Positions 37,660 through 51,309 of a stretch of 64,000 bases of DNA are shown piece by piece (positions within the stretch are counted from its first letter, which is position 1; every line of letters starts with the position of its first letter). The notes beneath the pieces are model-generated. The model ran no database searches. It saw only the letters and a list, made by a program, of their open reading frames with translations, and had not been told where the DNA came from. Origin of the DNA: Isurus oxyrinchus (taxonomy: Eukaryota). The stretch spans positions 1,178,001 through 1,242,000 of the forward strand of contig JANJGN010000031.1 in NCBI GenBank assembly GCA_026770705.1, in the 5' to 3' direction. The position numbers were made by a program, and so were the translations under genes.

Positions 37660-39240
37660 GTAACAATTATTGCCTATTCCTAACCACCCTTGACAAGTGG
37701 GTAATGAGTTGCCATCTTAAACTATTGCAGTCCATGTGATGTAGACACACCCACAGTGCTGTTAGGAAGGGAGTTGCAGCATCCTGATTCAGTGGGAGTG
37801 AAGGAGCGGTGATCTAGCTTCTAAATGGGATGATGGGTGACTTGAAGGGAACGTTGTCAATGGTGGCATTCCCATGCGCCTCTTACCCTTGTCATTCTAG
37901 GTGGTGGCGGTGGAAGCTTTTGAGAGCTGTCCAAGGAGCCTTGGCGAATTACTGCCAATCCTTATTGTGGATGGTACACACTGCTTCCATTGCAAGCCAT
38001 GGTGGAAGGAGTTAATTATTCAGGAGGTGGATGAGATACCGATCAAGCAGGCTGTTTTGTCATGGTGTCGAGTTCTTTGAGTGTTGTTGCGTCTGCAATC
38101 ACCAATGCAAATGGAGAGCATTCCTTCACACTCCTGAATTGTTTCATTCTTTCACGGGATCTGGGAGTCACTTGCTAGGCCATCATTTATTATCCATTCC
38201 TAATTTTCCTTGAGAAGGGGTGGCGAGCTGCCTTCTGGAACTGGTGCAGTCCATGTGGTGTATGTGCAGCCACAGTGCTGTTAGGGAGGGGGTTCCAGGA
38301 TTTTGACCCAGTGACACTGATGGAACGGTGATATAATTCCAAATCAGGATGTTGAGTGACTTGGAGGGGAGCTAGCAGGTGGTAGTGTTGCAATGTATAT
38401 ACTGCCCTTGTCCTTTTAGATGGTAATGGTTGTGGGTTTCAAAGGTGCTGCCTAAGGAGCCTGCAGTGCATATTGTAGATGGTGCACGCTGCTGCTATTG
38501 TGCATCGATGGTGGGGGGTTTGGGGGGGAAGTGTTTGTGGATGTGATGCCAATCATATGGGGTGGTCTGTCTTGGATGGTGCTGATCTTCTTGAGTGTTG
38601 TTGGAGCTGCACTCATCCAGGCAAATGGGAAGTATCCCATTACATTTCTGACTTGTCCCTTGTATATGGTACACAGGTGCTTTGGAGTCGGAAGGTGAAT
38701 TACTGGCCGGAGGATTCCTAGCCACTGAATGGCTATTGTATTCATAACATTTATATGGCTAGTCCAGTTCAGTTTCTGGTCAATGCTAACCTCCAGGATG
38801 TTGATAGCGGGTGATTCAGTGATGGTAAACCATTGAATGTCAAGGGAAGATGCTTGGGTTCTCCCTTGTTGGAGATGGTCATTGTCTGGCATTTGTGCGT
38901 CGTGAATGTTGCTTGCCCCTTGTCAGCCCTTGCCTTTATGTTGTCCAGGTGTTGCTGCACATAGGCATGGGTTGGTCCAGTATCTGAGGAGACGTGAATG
39001 GTGCTTAGCATTGTGCAATTACCAGCGAACACCCCAATTTCTGAACTTATGATGGAAGGAAGTCCTTTAATGAAGCAGCTGAAGATGTTTGGCGTGAGGA
39101 CACTACCAAAGGAATTCCTGCAATGATGTCCTGGAGCTCAGAAGACTGACTTCCAACAAACACAACCATGTTCCTTTGTGTTAGGTATGACTCCAACCAG
39201 TGGAGAGTTTTCCTGTGATTCCCTTGACTCCAGTTTTGCT
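37660..39240 (-). mobile_element. two adjacent LINE 3' fragments of the family nested at 19040-20345
   Basis: ESPAINILEVSIDQKLNWTSHIN...IYKGQVRNVMGY; shared 3' tail. Confidence 0.8.
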
Positions 39241-40710
39241 ACGGTGGTGCTGGGAGTTACCCTGGGAGTCCATAACATTGACTTAGGACCTTATGCAGAC
39301 TCACGGCATCAGGTAAAACATGGACAAAAGGAAGAAATATTTTGTGACATAGCCAGTTGTGATCTGGTCTGCGCTTCCTGAAAGGATGATGGAAGCAGAT
39401 TCAATGAGAACTTTTAAAGGGATCTTAATGTAGATTTGAATGCAGAAAGTTTATCAGGATTGCTGGGACGGAACAGAAGAGGTAACTAAGGGAATGTTGT
39501 AAAATGAAGAATACCACTTTTAAATAGAATCAATTTATTGAATACAGCTCACCATTCCAGCTCTATGTCTCGGTGTTCCACTCTCTCTTCCTTTCTTCCT
39601 GCCTGTCATTTGTTTTCTATTTATGTTCCTCTCGCTCTCTCTCTCTTTCACATTTTTTGCCTCTCCTCCAGGCTCTTTCTGTTCCTTTTCCCCTAACGCT
39701 CTCTCCGTGTTTACCAGCACTTTTTCTTTCTTTGATTCTTTATTTGTCACTCCCTCTTTATTTTCCTTTGATTCTATTTCTTTTTTTTTCCTGTATCATT
39801 ACTGCTCACATGTTCTCTCTGCTTGTCTCTATATCCCTCTTCCTATCTCCTTATTTCTATCTCTTTCTTTCAGTCACTCTCTTAGCATGTCCCTCTCACT
39901 TTAACTATCCACACTTCTTTCAACCTGTCCATGTGCCTCTCTCTCTCGCTCTCTCGCTCTCTTTCTCTCTATATGTCTTTGTCTCCCTTGCTTTATCTTC
40001 TCTCTATTTGTCCTTCTCTCTTCCTCTCTTTGTCTCTCCTAGTCTTTCTCTCTTTTTGTCTCTATGGCCGCATCTCTTTTATTCTCTCTCGCTTTCTCTC
40101 CATTTCTCTTTTTCTCTCTACCTAGTTATGCTACCTCTCCCCATCTGACTCTCCCTCAGTCTCTCCCTCATACTCTGTGCCTCATTTGGGGATGGCGGAA
40201 ATTAAGAGACCCCTAATGAAGGCCTGCAGGGGCCCTATGTCTGGCTTCAAAGTGAATTCTAATTGGGGCCTGAAGACCTGGAGATGTTTTAACTTTGGGA
40301 AAAAAATGAATGACGTCGAATGTCCATTTGAGTAAAGCCTTTGGATATGCTGCATAACCTCACCTTCGGCACTGGATGGTGATGGTAGCCATGTAAAAGA
40401 AATTCCCTAGAGAGGCATAAAGTAGAGGTTGTTTTGTGATACCTGTTGCTTCTTATACACTCCACTGAATTAGAGATAAAAAGGACCTACAATTCAACTT
40501 GTTGCAGCTACTCTGAGTCACAGCAACAACTACATTTACTTAGCATCAGATTCCATATGCTTCCTATGAATGCAACACAATCAAGAATTGACCCACACTA
40601 GGACAGCTGATAAAACATGTGATCGATTCTAAGGAACCTTAAACTGGTGGAGACAACAGGCTTTTTGAGAGGGGTCTCAGCTTGTAGAAACTGGATAGCG
40701 AAGGGCACAC

Positions 40711-41619
40711 TGTCAGGGAGGTATAATAATTATCATAATGTTATTGGGATTATTATTAAATAGAGTAATAGTGGCACATATCAATGTGTCTACCCGTGTC
40801 TGTGTGTCTGTAGATGTCTCTGTGTGGGGGTAAAATTTAATTGAATAGAGTCTGGGTGCTTTGATGTAGGAAGAAAAGTTACATTGAAGTGTTAATTCTG
40901 AAAATATGGGGAAGATCAGAAACATAGGTGTCCAGGGAACGTTTGGATTTTAAATAAACCAGACTAGATTGTTTTCAAAAGAGGAAGTGAAATATTTCAC
41001 CTAATCTGGTGAAGTTTAGAAAGAGTGTTTTTATATTTTCCCAAAGATTATTGGTAAAACATAGTGCTATGAGTGGTTTGTATTATCAAGAACGTACTGT
41101 CCAAAGACATAGTGAAACAATGGATATTTTCTGTCAAAGGGGAAAATATATATTAAGGAATGAAGGCTGTGTGTAAGGGTAGACATTTTTAAGATCTTAC
41201 AAGTGTGAAAATCCTTCAGCATCTACGCCTCAAGCTGCTGCCTTCAAAGGGCTGAAGTTAAGAAAACTCACTTTAAATTCGAATTGTACAGCGTATCATG
41301 TTTCAGTGCCTGGGTCTTTTAAAATCTATGTGTCTTATTATTGCCTTACCGAAAGTGTAACTGGGAGTTATATTGATTGGGAGATTTAGAAGTTATCAAA
41401 CTAGTAGTTTGTAGATATGTCTATATATTTAAAGTAATTTCTTCTATTAATAAATATTTAACCTGGTTTTGTTAAATTTCTAAGACTTGGTGGTCTTATT
41501 ACTACTGAATTCAAGGCATGCATCTCGAAATGTATACAAACTGCAAAACAAGTTGTGGCAGGTGTTTCAAGTTTCTCTTTGAGATTTGAACAGCTCAGCA
41601 TTTGCTATTGGCTGTGACA
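40711..41619. mobile_element. possible solo LTR
   Basis: about 0.9-kb AT-rich block with TGTCA...TGACA inverted termini and aataaa near 41452; no clear target-site duplication. Confidence 0.4.
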
Positions 41620-41649
41620 TAGCAATATATAAAGATAAGAACATAAAGA

Positions 41650-44191
41650 AGAGGAAACTGTAGTGGTTATGTTGGGAATGGCATTTAGCAGGAAATTAGA
41701 GCTGCATGCAAAAAAGGAATATCTGTAATTAGGGGTGACTTAAATATGCATATAGATTGGGCAAATCAAATTAGTAGCAATACCGTGGAGGAGGAATTCC
41801 TGGAGTGTATACGAGATGTTTTTATGGACAAATACGTTGAGGAACCCACTAGAGAACAGGCCATCCTAGCTTGAGCAAGTGTAATGAGAAAGGAATAATT
41901 GGAAATCTACTTGTGCGAGGCCCCTTGGAGATGAGTGACCATAATATGATAGAATTCTTCATCAAGATGGAGAGCGACGTAGTTGATTCTGAGACTAGTT
42001 CCTGAATCTTAATAATAAAGGAAACTACGATGGCATGAGGCACAATTTTTCTATGATGGATTGGGAAACGTTATTTAAAGGGATGACGGTGGACAGGCAA
42101 TGACAAACATTCATATAGCGCATGAGTGAACTGTAACAATTGTTTATTCCTGTCTGATGCAACAGTAAAACAGGAAAAGTAGCCAAACTATGGCTTACAA
42201 GGGAAATTAGAGATAGCATTAGATGCAACGAAGAGGCATACAAATTGGCCAGAAAAAATATGAGGCCTGAGGATTGGGAGCAGATTATAATTCAGGAAAG
42301 GGGTCCAAGGGTTTGAGTAAGAAGGGGAAAATAGAGTACAAAAGTAAGCTTGCAGGGAGCATAAAAACTAACTCTAAAAGTTTCTGTCGGTAGGTGAAGA
42401 GAAAAAGATTGCTGAAGACAAATATAGGTCTCTTTCAGTCAGAAACAGGGGAATTTATAATGGGGAACAAAGAAATCACTGACAAACTAAATACATACTT
42501 TGGTTCTGCCTTCACAAAAGAGGACACAAATAACATGCCAGAAATGTTGGAGAACACAGGGTTTCGTGAGAGGGAGGAACTGAAAGAAATCAGTATTAGT
42601 AGGGAAATGGTGTTGGGGAAATTGATGGGATTGAAGGCCGATAAATCCCCAGGGCCTGGTAATCTACATCCCAAGTAGTTAAGGAAGTGGTCCTAGAAAT
42701 ATTGGGTGCTTTGGTGGTCATCTTCCGAGATTCGATGGACTCAGGAACAGTTCCTAAAGATTGGAGGGTGGCGAATGTAACCCCCAAATTTGAAAAGAGA
42801 GGTAGAGAGAAAACATGGAGTTATAGACCAGTCAGCCTGATGTCAACAGGAAAATTCTAGAGTCCATTATAGAAGACTTAATAGCTGAGCACATAAAAAG
42901 CAGTGGCAGAGTCCGTATGGATTTATGAAAGGGCAATCATGCTTGACAAATCTACTGGACTTTTTCGAGTATGTAACTAGTAGAGTTGATGAGGGAAAGC
43001 CAGTGGATGTGGTTTATTTCGACATTAATAAATCTTTCAACAACGTACCACGATAGAGATTGGTGTGTAAAATTAAAGCGCATGGGATTGTGGATAGTGT
43101 ATTGAGATGGATAGAAAACTGGTTGGCAGACAGGAAACAAAGCATAGGAATAAACGTGTCTTCTTCTGAATGGCAGGCAGTGGCTAGTGGGGAACCACAT
43201 GGATCGGTGCTGGGGCCCTAGTTGTTCACAATATACATTAATGGTTTAGATGAGGGAACCAAATGTAATGTCTCCAAATTTGCAGATGACACAAAGCTGA
43301 GTGAGAGGGTGAGCTGTGAGGATGCAGTAGAGATGCTTCAGTGTGATTTGGATAAGCTGAGTAAGTGGGAAAACGCATGGCTGATGCTGTATAATGTGGA
43401 TAAATGTGAGGTTATCCACTTTGGTGGCAAAAACAGGAAGGCAGATTATTATCTGAATGGCTATAAATTGAGAAAAGGGAACGTGCAACGAGACCTTGGT
43501 GTTCTCGTACACCAGCTGCTGAAGGTAAGCATGCAGGTGCAGCAGGCGGTAAAGAGTGCAAATGGTATGTTGGCCTGCATAGCCAAAGGACTCGAGTACA
43601 GGGATAGCGATGTCATGCTGCAATTATACAGGTTCTTGGTGAGAGCATACCTGGACTATTGTGTGCAGTTTTGGTCTCTTTATCTGAGGAAGGATGCATT
43701 TGCTATCCAGTGGGTGCAGCGAATGTTTAACCGACTGATTCCCGGGATGGTGGGGCTGACATATCAGGAGAGATTGAGTTGATTAGGATGATATTCGCTG
43801 GAGTTCAGAAGAATTAGGGGGGTTCTCGTAAAAACTATAAAATTCTAACAGGACTAGACAGAGTAGATGCAGGAAGGATGTTCTTGATGGTGGGGGAGTC
43901 CAGCACCAGGGGTCACTATCTGAGGGTACGGGATAGACCAATTAGGACTGAGATAAGGAGAAATTTCTTCATCCAGAGAGTGGTGAGCCTGTGGAATTCG
44001 TTGCCAAAGAAAGTAGTTGAGACCAAAATATTCTATGTTTTCAAGAACGAGTTAGGTATAGCTCTTGAGGCGAAAGGGATCAAACGATATGGGGAGAAAG
44101 CAGGAGCAGGCTATTGAGTTGGATGAATAGCCATGATCATAATGAATGGCGGAGCAGGCCCGAAGAGCGTCCTAGTTTCTATGTTTCTATG
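41650..44191 (+). mobile_element. CR1-type LINE ORF2 (disrupted)
   Basis: GLKADKSPGP, FTIYINGLDEGTKCNVSKFADDTKL, KCEVIHFG, QRDLGVLVH; tail (tttctatg)n. Confidence 0.93.
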
Positions 44192-44746
44192 AATAGGAGG
44201 AGGTCATTCTTCCCCTTGAATGTGCTCCGCCATTCAATAGGTTTATAGCTGATATACGTCAGCTCCAACTACCTCATTGACCAATACTTTGCCATCTAAT
44301 GTAACATTATTTTCTTTGGTGTCTGTCATACTTTTGTTTGATACTGCTCTAGTGAAGCGCTATGGGACCTTGTCTAACGTTAAAAGTGTAATATACGTGG
44401 TTTTGCAGTTGTTGAAGTTACTTTGCTTTTGCAAGAGGTTTAGAAGATAATGGACCGATACATTTTCTGATGCTGAAAGCATCTATGACAAGTGCATGTA
44501 TATTTACAAGAAGAGCCAGGACAGTCACACGAAGGGTTAACAATCTTTTATTCACATAAAGGCTAGTTATATATTTCTCTTGCTCTTTCCCTCTCTTTCT
44601 GTTTTATCTTCTTACCTCTATCTCTCCATCTTTGCTAATATTTATCATTTTTTGTGTTTCCATCTCTGGCTCCCAATCTATCATTTTTCTATATGTGTGT
44701 GTGTCTTGGCATTTCCATGCATTGATACCTCTCTCTCTCCCTTTCT

Positions 44747-44780
<34 letters not shown>

Positions 44781-47367
44781 TTCTCCTTAGCTCTCCCTCT
44801 CTCTAACTGCCTATCACCCTATCGATTTAGTTTTCCCGCTTTGCATCTCATTATCTCTGCTGCACTCCGTCTAGTTCCATTGGGTATAATTCTAATATAA
44901 TCCTCACTAGTCCTCTGTGTATGCAAATAATAAATCACAATACTAACGAATATCTCATTGTGAGATGGAACCCTCTCGGTGGCAGTTGTGTATAGCATGT
45001 GGCAAAAGGCTGTCATTTGTAAGGTATTGGCCCCCCCTCGTGGTGGAGGGGAGGAAACTCAGTGTTGATGAAGAGAACAAGAGCAGCTGGCATTCATATC
45101 GCCCCTTTAATTTATTGGCACACAAAGCGTTTCGCGGGAGCGCCACAGAATTCTCAGCGGCTTGTACTGGGCAATTGAAGAACGTTCAAAGAAGGTTAAA
45201 AGCTGCCCAGTGGGAACGCCAGCAGTATGTAATGAGCACTTTGCATCAATGTTCACTCCTAAAGATAATGTTCGACTATTAGAATTTATTAACAATATTA
45301 GAAACAAATCGAATAATTTTCAATTGATGAGATCATTGTTTTAGAAAGGTTTAACAGCATGAGACCAGGCGGAGCAGCCGTGCTGGGTGGTGTCCATACG
45401 TGGGTTCTCAGGAAAATGGTTGTGTTATCGCCTGGCCCGATTTTCTAATAGCTCGTTTCACTGTAGACTGGAGGGAGGCTGACGTGGCCCCCACAATTTA
45501 AAATAAAAGGAGACAAGGCAGAACTGGATAAAGATAAGCCAATAAGTTTGATGTCAGTAATTGGTAAGGTGCTTGTGAGACGCATTACTGAGGCAATAAA
45601 TGATTATTTGAATAAAGGAGGATATATTAGGGACACTCAACGTGGCTTCTAGAAAGAGTTCATGCCTCAAAAATGTGCTTATATTTTTTTGAAGAGATAA
45701 CCAAAATGATGGTGAGGGAAAGCAAAATGATGTTGCTTACAGAGGCTTTGAAAAGCTTTAGACAAGGCGCAAAGGCTTCTCTGGAAGAAGATATCTACGA
45801 TAGGAGTTATAAGTTAATGAGCTAATTGAAGAAATTCCAACGTCGTTTTAAACGGACTGTCTGGATTCTCATAATCAGTATTGTTCCAATCAATGGCCTG
45901 GATGAGTGGCTGGGGCACACTCGGCAAATCTGTTTGCGAATGAGTGTCAGGAATGTAGAAGATTTTTTACCCCCTCAGGTGGATCTAGCATTTCCTGGGT
46001 TACTGGGCTCCTTGACTGCCATGTACATCATTTTTTGGGCTTAATTTGGGAAAGTATTATGTTATGCACTTTGGTCAGAGCAAATGCTTCTGGCTGGGAT
46101 GGAGGCTCCGACTTACACAAAGTGCATAACCCCATGGGATTATTGAGCCAAAATCTTCACCTGGAATCATTTTACTTTTAATTATTTTGCTGGCTGGTGA
46201 GGAACTTAAAAGAATTTGCACCGCAAGTTATTCTGTGGTTTTCCCTGGGCGTTCGTCTATCCCAAGAGCACACATGCTAATGGCGGGTGAGCATTGTGTA
46301 TATTATCATCCACAAGCCAAGTGTGAAATAACTTGGATGGATGAGAAAATATTTCCCCTTCAATATTGTTCATTATAACAATATTAGACAGAATCTGGGA
46401 GATAAATGTATGATCACAATCTGATATTTCAGATAAGTAAAGGAGTATGGATTGGAGTGGAGTGGACTGTATAGGTTCTGACCAAGTGAACAGAATTTTT
46501 AAATTAGTGTTGGACTGTAAAGCACTGATTTTGCGAAGCACTTTCTTACACAAAGGTTAATGGGAACCTGGGCCCCTTCTCCCTCAGAAGGGTAGAAAGG
46601 TTGCATTAAAGTGAAAAGTTCAAAACTGAGAATGATAGATTATTGTTTCGCAAGGGGCTTAACACATTCATAACCACAGTAGGGGACAGAGTTATGATGC
46701 AGATTGCCTAAAATCTAGTTGAATGTCAGAGCGATCTCGATGGGCTGAATGGCCTTCTCTTGTTTCTGCATAACAAAGTCGATGAACTGAATGGTCTCAT
46801 CCTCTTCCTATTTTCCTAACTGGATACGTTTGGCGGGGGTGGGGAGGGGGTGGATGGAGTTCCAAAGTGAAAGGCATAGGCGATAGAAGCCCAGTGAAGG
46901 AAGTGGGGAATTCACAAAAGACCATACTTGAAGGAACTCAGAAATCTCAGACATCTGCTGTTTTAAGAAAATTGTCAACCTCCGCAATCCCAGTCACTTC
47001 AGTTGTTTCACTTTGGAAACTATTACAGCCTGTAGAAACAAAATGTAATTAAAGTACCCTTGATAGAGGATTCTTTATCTTGCAATTAACTCAACATTAA
47101 GCTGGCCATTGTACCAATGCTGACCCACCCTGTGTATTGACAGCCTTTTCTATTTTCTTGTCAATGGGAACCAGGCCAGTTGGATATGTGGTTCATATTG
47201 GCCACGGTCACCTGGACTATGGTCATTTGTGATCTATCACTGAGGAAGTACAGCACCCGAAGACGAGGATCAACCTTTCAGTTTTTCACCAGAGAGAGGT
47301 CGCCTCACTCTACTCTGTAACTTTCATCCTGGCCAGTCTGCCAGGCTGTTTCTAACCGATAGAGAGT

Positions 47368-47505
47368 NNNNNNNNNNNNNNNNNNNNNNNNNNNNNNNNN
47401 NNNNNNNNNNNNNNNNNNNNNNNNNNNNNNNNNNNNNNNNNNNNNNNNNNNNNNNNNNNNNNNNNNNNNNNNNNNNNNNNNNNNNNNNNNNNNNNNNNNN
47501 NNNNN
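47368..47505. other. assembly gap (138 N)
   Basis: run of n. Confidence 1.
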
Positions 47506-47596
47506 GTAACACATAAAGAGAGTCAGATCTCATACAATTCTTACCGGTTCCCTTTGAGGTTCTTATTAATTTCGCCTATCTCCAAGCATTAATGTG

Positions 47597-48007
47597 TACA
47601 CTCAGGGTGCAGTAAAACACAACCGAGTTATTGGCACACAACCCAGTGGTCTCCAGGTAAAAGTGGGTGTTGTCAGGTTTTCTCGCGGTGAAACCGTCCA
47701 CCTTATCAGTTGGATTGACCATTCTGCCTTAGGTGGAATGGGAATGGTTCTGAGGGTCATGGCCAGGATGCCATCGGTGCCAGTAGAAATAGTTGGTAGC
47801 AGCTGCTTCTGGGTAGAGGCACTCGATGCTGACTGGAGTGCCCGGGCGTTTGGATATGTAAGCGGGATCTGTTGGATCAGCACAGCTGCCACATCTGTAA
47901 GACAGAGAGGGCGAGTGAGAGGACACAGAAACCCGGGTATAGATTGCACTTCGATATCCAGCATGTAGGAGGATAGAGAAAAGAGCAACCAAGCAAAGAT
48001 GGGCCAT
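47597..48007 (-). pseudogene. TRBV: inverted V-beta pseudogene 1 (TRBV30-like family)
   Basis: leader MAHLCLVALFSILLH 47962-48007 (donor reads CT); V exon 47597-47894 VLIQQIP/AYISKRPGTPVSIECLYPEAAATNYFYWHRWHPG...ST*GR...VDGFTARKPDNTHFYLETTGLCANNSVVFYCTLSV with a frameshift and TAA 47729-47731; 23-RSS cacatta(47596-47590)-23-ataagaacc(47566-47558). Confidence 0.9.
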
Positions 48008-48489
48008 AAAGACACCAGGAGGCGGGGAGAGGACCAGAAATTGAGGGCTGCAAATAGAAAGAGGACAGACACTGAGATATGGGGAGAAAAATGTGCGACC
48101 AGTCTACACATCAGCAAGGAAAAAGAAAAAGAGAGATAGAGAGGGTGACTTGAAGACAGTGGGAGAGAGAAAGAAGGAAGAGATAAGTGCACCATCAGGC
48201 AGTGAGGCAGCCAGAAATACAAACAACCATAGACAGAGATAGTGATAGAGAGACAGAGTGAGACAGAGAGAGTGCGAGAGTGATGTGAAAACAGAGAGAA
48301 CGACAATAGATACCAAAAAGTGGTGTTGATGAACAAGTAAGGAGTTAATTCCCAAGGCAATAGCAGTGATGGCAACTGTCACCTCACGGTTCAGCTCCAC
48401 CTTACCATTTAACGTCACGATCCAGAGCTGAGACACAGCAATTCTGAATGTGTGTCTTTATTGTGCGAAATCACCGCGTGTCTGTTGCA

Positions 48490-49722
48490 TGGGCCTTCAA
48501 CCGTGTCCGGCCCATCTCCCGCGCATCCGCCCTCATGCCTTCTCCTCCTTCCCAGAAACATGATAGGGTCCCCCTTGTGCTCACTTATCACCCCACCAGC
48601 CTCTGCATTCAAAGGATCATCCTCTGCCATTTCCGCCAACTCCAGCATGATGCCACTACCAAACACATCTTCCCTTCACCCGCCCGTCGGCATTCCGTAG
48701 GGATCATTTCCTCCAGGACACCCTGGTCCATACCTCCATCACTCCCTACTCCTCAACCCCTACCTATGGCACCTCCCCATGCCCACGCAAAAGATGTAAC
48801 TCCTGCCCCTTCACTTCCTCTCTCCTCACCGTCCAAGGGCCCAAAGACTCCTTTCAAGTGAAGCAGCATTTCACTTGCATTTCCCCCAACTTAGTTTACT
48901 GTATTCATTGCTCCCAATGCGGTCTCCTCTACATTGGAGAGACCAAACGTAAACTGGGCGACCACGTTGCAGAACACCTGCGGTCTGTCCGCAAGAATGA
49001 CGCAACCTCCCTGTCGCTTGCCATTTTAACACTCCACCCTGCTCTCTTGCCCACATGTCTGTCCTTGGCTTGCTGCATTGTTCTAGCGACACCCAACGCA
49101 AACTGGAGGAACAGCACCTCATCTTCCGACTAGGCACTTTACAGCCTTCCGGAATAAATATTGAATTCAACAACTTTAGGTCTTGAACTCCTTCCCTCCT
49201 CCATCCCCAGCCCCTTTCTGTTTCTTCCCCCTTCCTGTTGTTTTTTCCAATAATTTATATAGATTTTTCTTTTCCCACCTATTTCCATTATTTTTAAATA
49301 TTTTTAAAACTTTTATGCTCCCCCCATCCTCACAAGAGCTGTACCTTGAGTGCCCTACCATCCATTCTTAATTAGCACATTCGTTTAATAATATCACCAA
49401 CTTCAACACCTCTGTCTTCTTTTGTTCTTTTGTCTGTGACATCTTTTGATGATCTGCTCCTATCACTGCTTGATTGTCCCTACAACCACACCACCCCCCC
49501 TCCACTTCTCTCCCCCCACCCATCCCGCTCCACCCCCCAACACCTTAAACCAGCTTATATTTCACCCTTCTCCTTGGATTCACCTAGTTCTGTTGAAGGG
49601 TCATGAGGGCTCGAAATGTCAACTCTTTTCTTCTGCACCAATGCTTCCAGACCCACTGAGTATTTCCAGGTAATTCTGTTTTTGTTTTGGATTATCAGCA
49701 TCTACAGTTTTTTGTTTTTATT
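48490..49722 (+). mobile_element. Penelope-like retroelement (GIY-YIG endonuclease region + 3' end)
   Basis: RVPLVLTYHP and HFTCISPNLVYCIHCSQCGLLYIGETKRKLGDHVAEHLRSV. Confidence 0.92.
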
Positions 49723-49956
49723 TTTCGGACAGTTGCATGGGCACTGAGTGGGATTTACTGCCTCCAGTATCATATGCTCGGAAATCTTAACCTGTTCATT
49801 AGCTCCCACTTTTTGGTGAGGTCATCTCTGGGGCAGAGGTATCAAGCACCGTCCCTCTGCTGGCCAGATTAACGCCCAGAGGCTGGCTCGGTCCTGGGCA
49901 CCGTTCTCTACTGCACTGGGTTTTAGGTGCTCTGATCTCTTCCTTGTGTCACTGTG

Positions 49957-50390
49957 GAACTGCCAGGCGCAGTAATACACCCCTGTGTGACTCCCTCGCA
50001 GACTGGACGCTTGCTGGTGGAAAGTAGAGTCACCACTCCTCGAGGCAGTAATACCATCCACCTCCTCCTTCGGCTCAATTTAGTCAGCGTTGGGCGAGTA
50101 GAGGAGCAGCAAGAACTCGCCATTTGTGAGCTGGTGGTGCCAGGAGAACTCTGAGCTGAGAGAACCATGTGCGGAAGAGTGAATTCGAGGGAGGAGTGTT
50201 GTGATTTGGAGATTACAGGTGGATTTTGCTGGACTATGCCCCCTCCTGCACCTGAGAATAGAAGGAAAACAATTAGATTAAAATTTGAAGGGGGTCAAAT
50301 TCAGAGCCAAACTGCCCAAGGAATTAGCGATGGGGACTCACCGTGCAAAAGAAGGGCAGACAGCAAAAATCGAGTTAATTGCCTTTTGAT
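49957..50390 (-). pseudogene. TRBV: inverted V-beta pseudogene 2 (TRBV30/Trbv31-like, ends YYCAWQF)
   Basis: leader (ATC)KRQLTRFLLSALLLH 50342-50390, start codon lost, donor gtgagt; V exon 49957-50251 GIVQQNPPVISKSQHSSLE/HSSAHGSLSSEFSWHHQLTNGEFLLLLYSPNAD*IEPKEEVDGITASRSGDSTFHQQASSLRGSHTGVYYCAWQF; frameshift, first Cys lost, TAA 50080-50082; RSS cacagtg(49956-49950)-23-ctaaaaccc(49926-49918). Confidence 0.93.
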
Positions 50391-51309
50391 TAACAGCTTA
50401 TATAAGAGAAACCGACCAGAATTTGGACAGAGTCATTTACTCCTCTGGGGATTCTGTGGCCGCTTGAAGAGCTGCAGTTCTATTTGATTGGCAGCTTCAG
50501 TCCACTCCAAGTCCACTTCTTGTCTAATTGCTGATTCCTCCAGCCTAAGCCTCCCCCTGCCATCTCCCCATATAACTGAAGAGCTCCCTCCCTTGCATCA
50601 CTGATCGACCTGCTCTGCACCCTCGCCCTTAAAAAGTGGTGCCCGGAAATGAACAACAGTAGTCCAGCTCTGCCTGGGAAAATGAGTTCCCAGTTACGAA
50701 ACATTACAACGAATCGAACTTTGAGAAAGGTGTCGCTCATTTCGATTCATGCATGATACAGCAAATGGGAGAAAATTGCAAGGTATCGTGAGGGTAAAGC
50801 GTCATCTGTCGCCAGCTGATCCTGTGAACAGTTCTGAAGAAGTTGGAATTGATCATTTTACTCTTTTCTCCCTCCACACGTGATTTGCTGAGCTTCTCCG
50901 GCAATTTTTGTTTTTTTCATTCCAAAGAAACCAGGTTGGATCGTAAATCCACATCCGTTGATTCATTATGGATTAGACGGGAAGGAATGTGTTATCTAGA
51001 CTGTTCAGTTGAGATGGAGAGCCGCTTCATGGAAGCACCTCAGTATAACCAATTAGAAAGGAGTTTTCCAGACATATAGGCCCGTCTTGTGATGGTCTCC
51101 TCTGTTCTGCATACTAACGTTTGGGACCTAGAATTACCGAAAATGCACAGTGCAAAAACGGGCCATTTGGGCAAACAGAAGCAGGCATTTCTACTGCACA
51201 CGAGTCTCCAAACAACTTTCTTCATCTCACCCATCAGCATCTCCATCTGTTCCTTTCTCCCTCATATCTTTATACAGCTTCCCCTTTAACTTGATCTAAG
51301 CTGTTCACT

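Noticed and set aside
39573-40148. Leu/Ser/Phe-rich membrane-protein-like ORFs (also 32208-33128 and 33442-34004)
   Set aside because: translation artefacts of polypyrimidine tracts
47602-48375. 257-aa minus-strand ORF, the longest in the track
   Set aside because: low-complexity CT-rich sequence read through into a mostly wrong frame of V pseudogene 1
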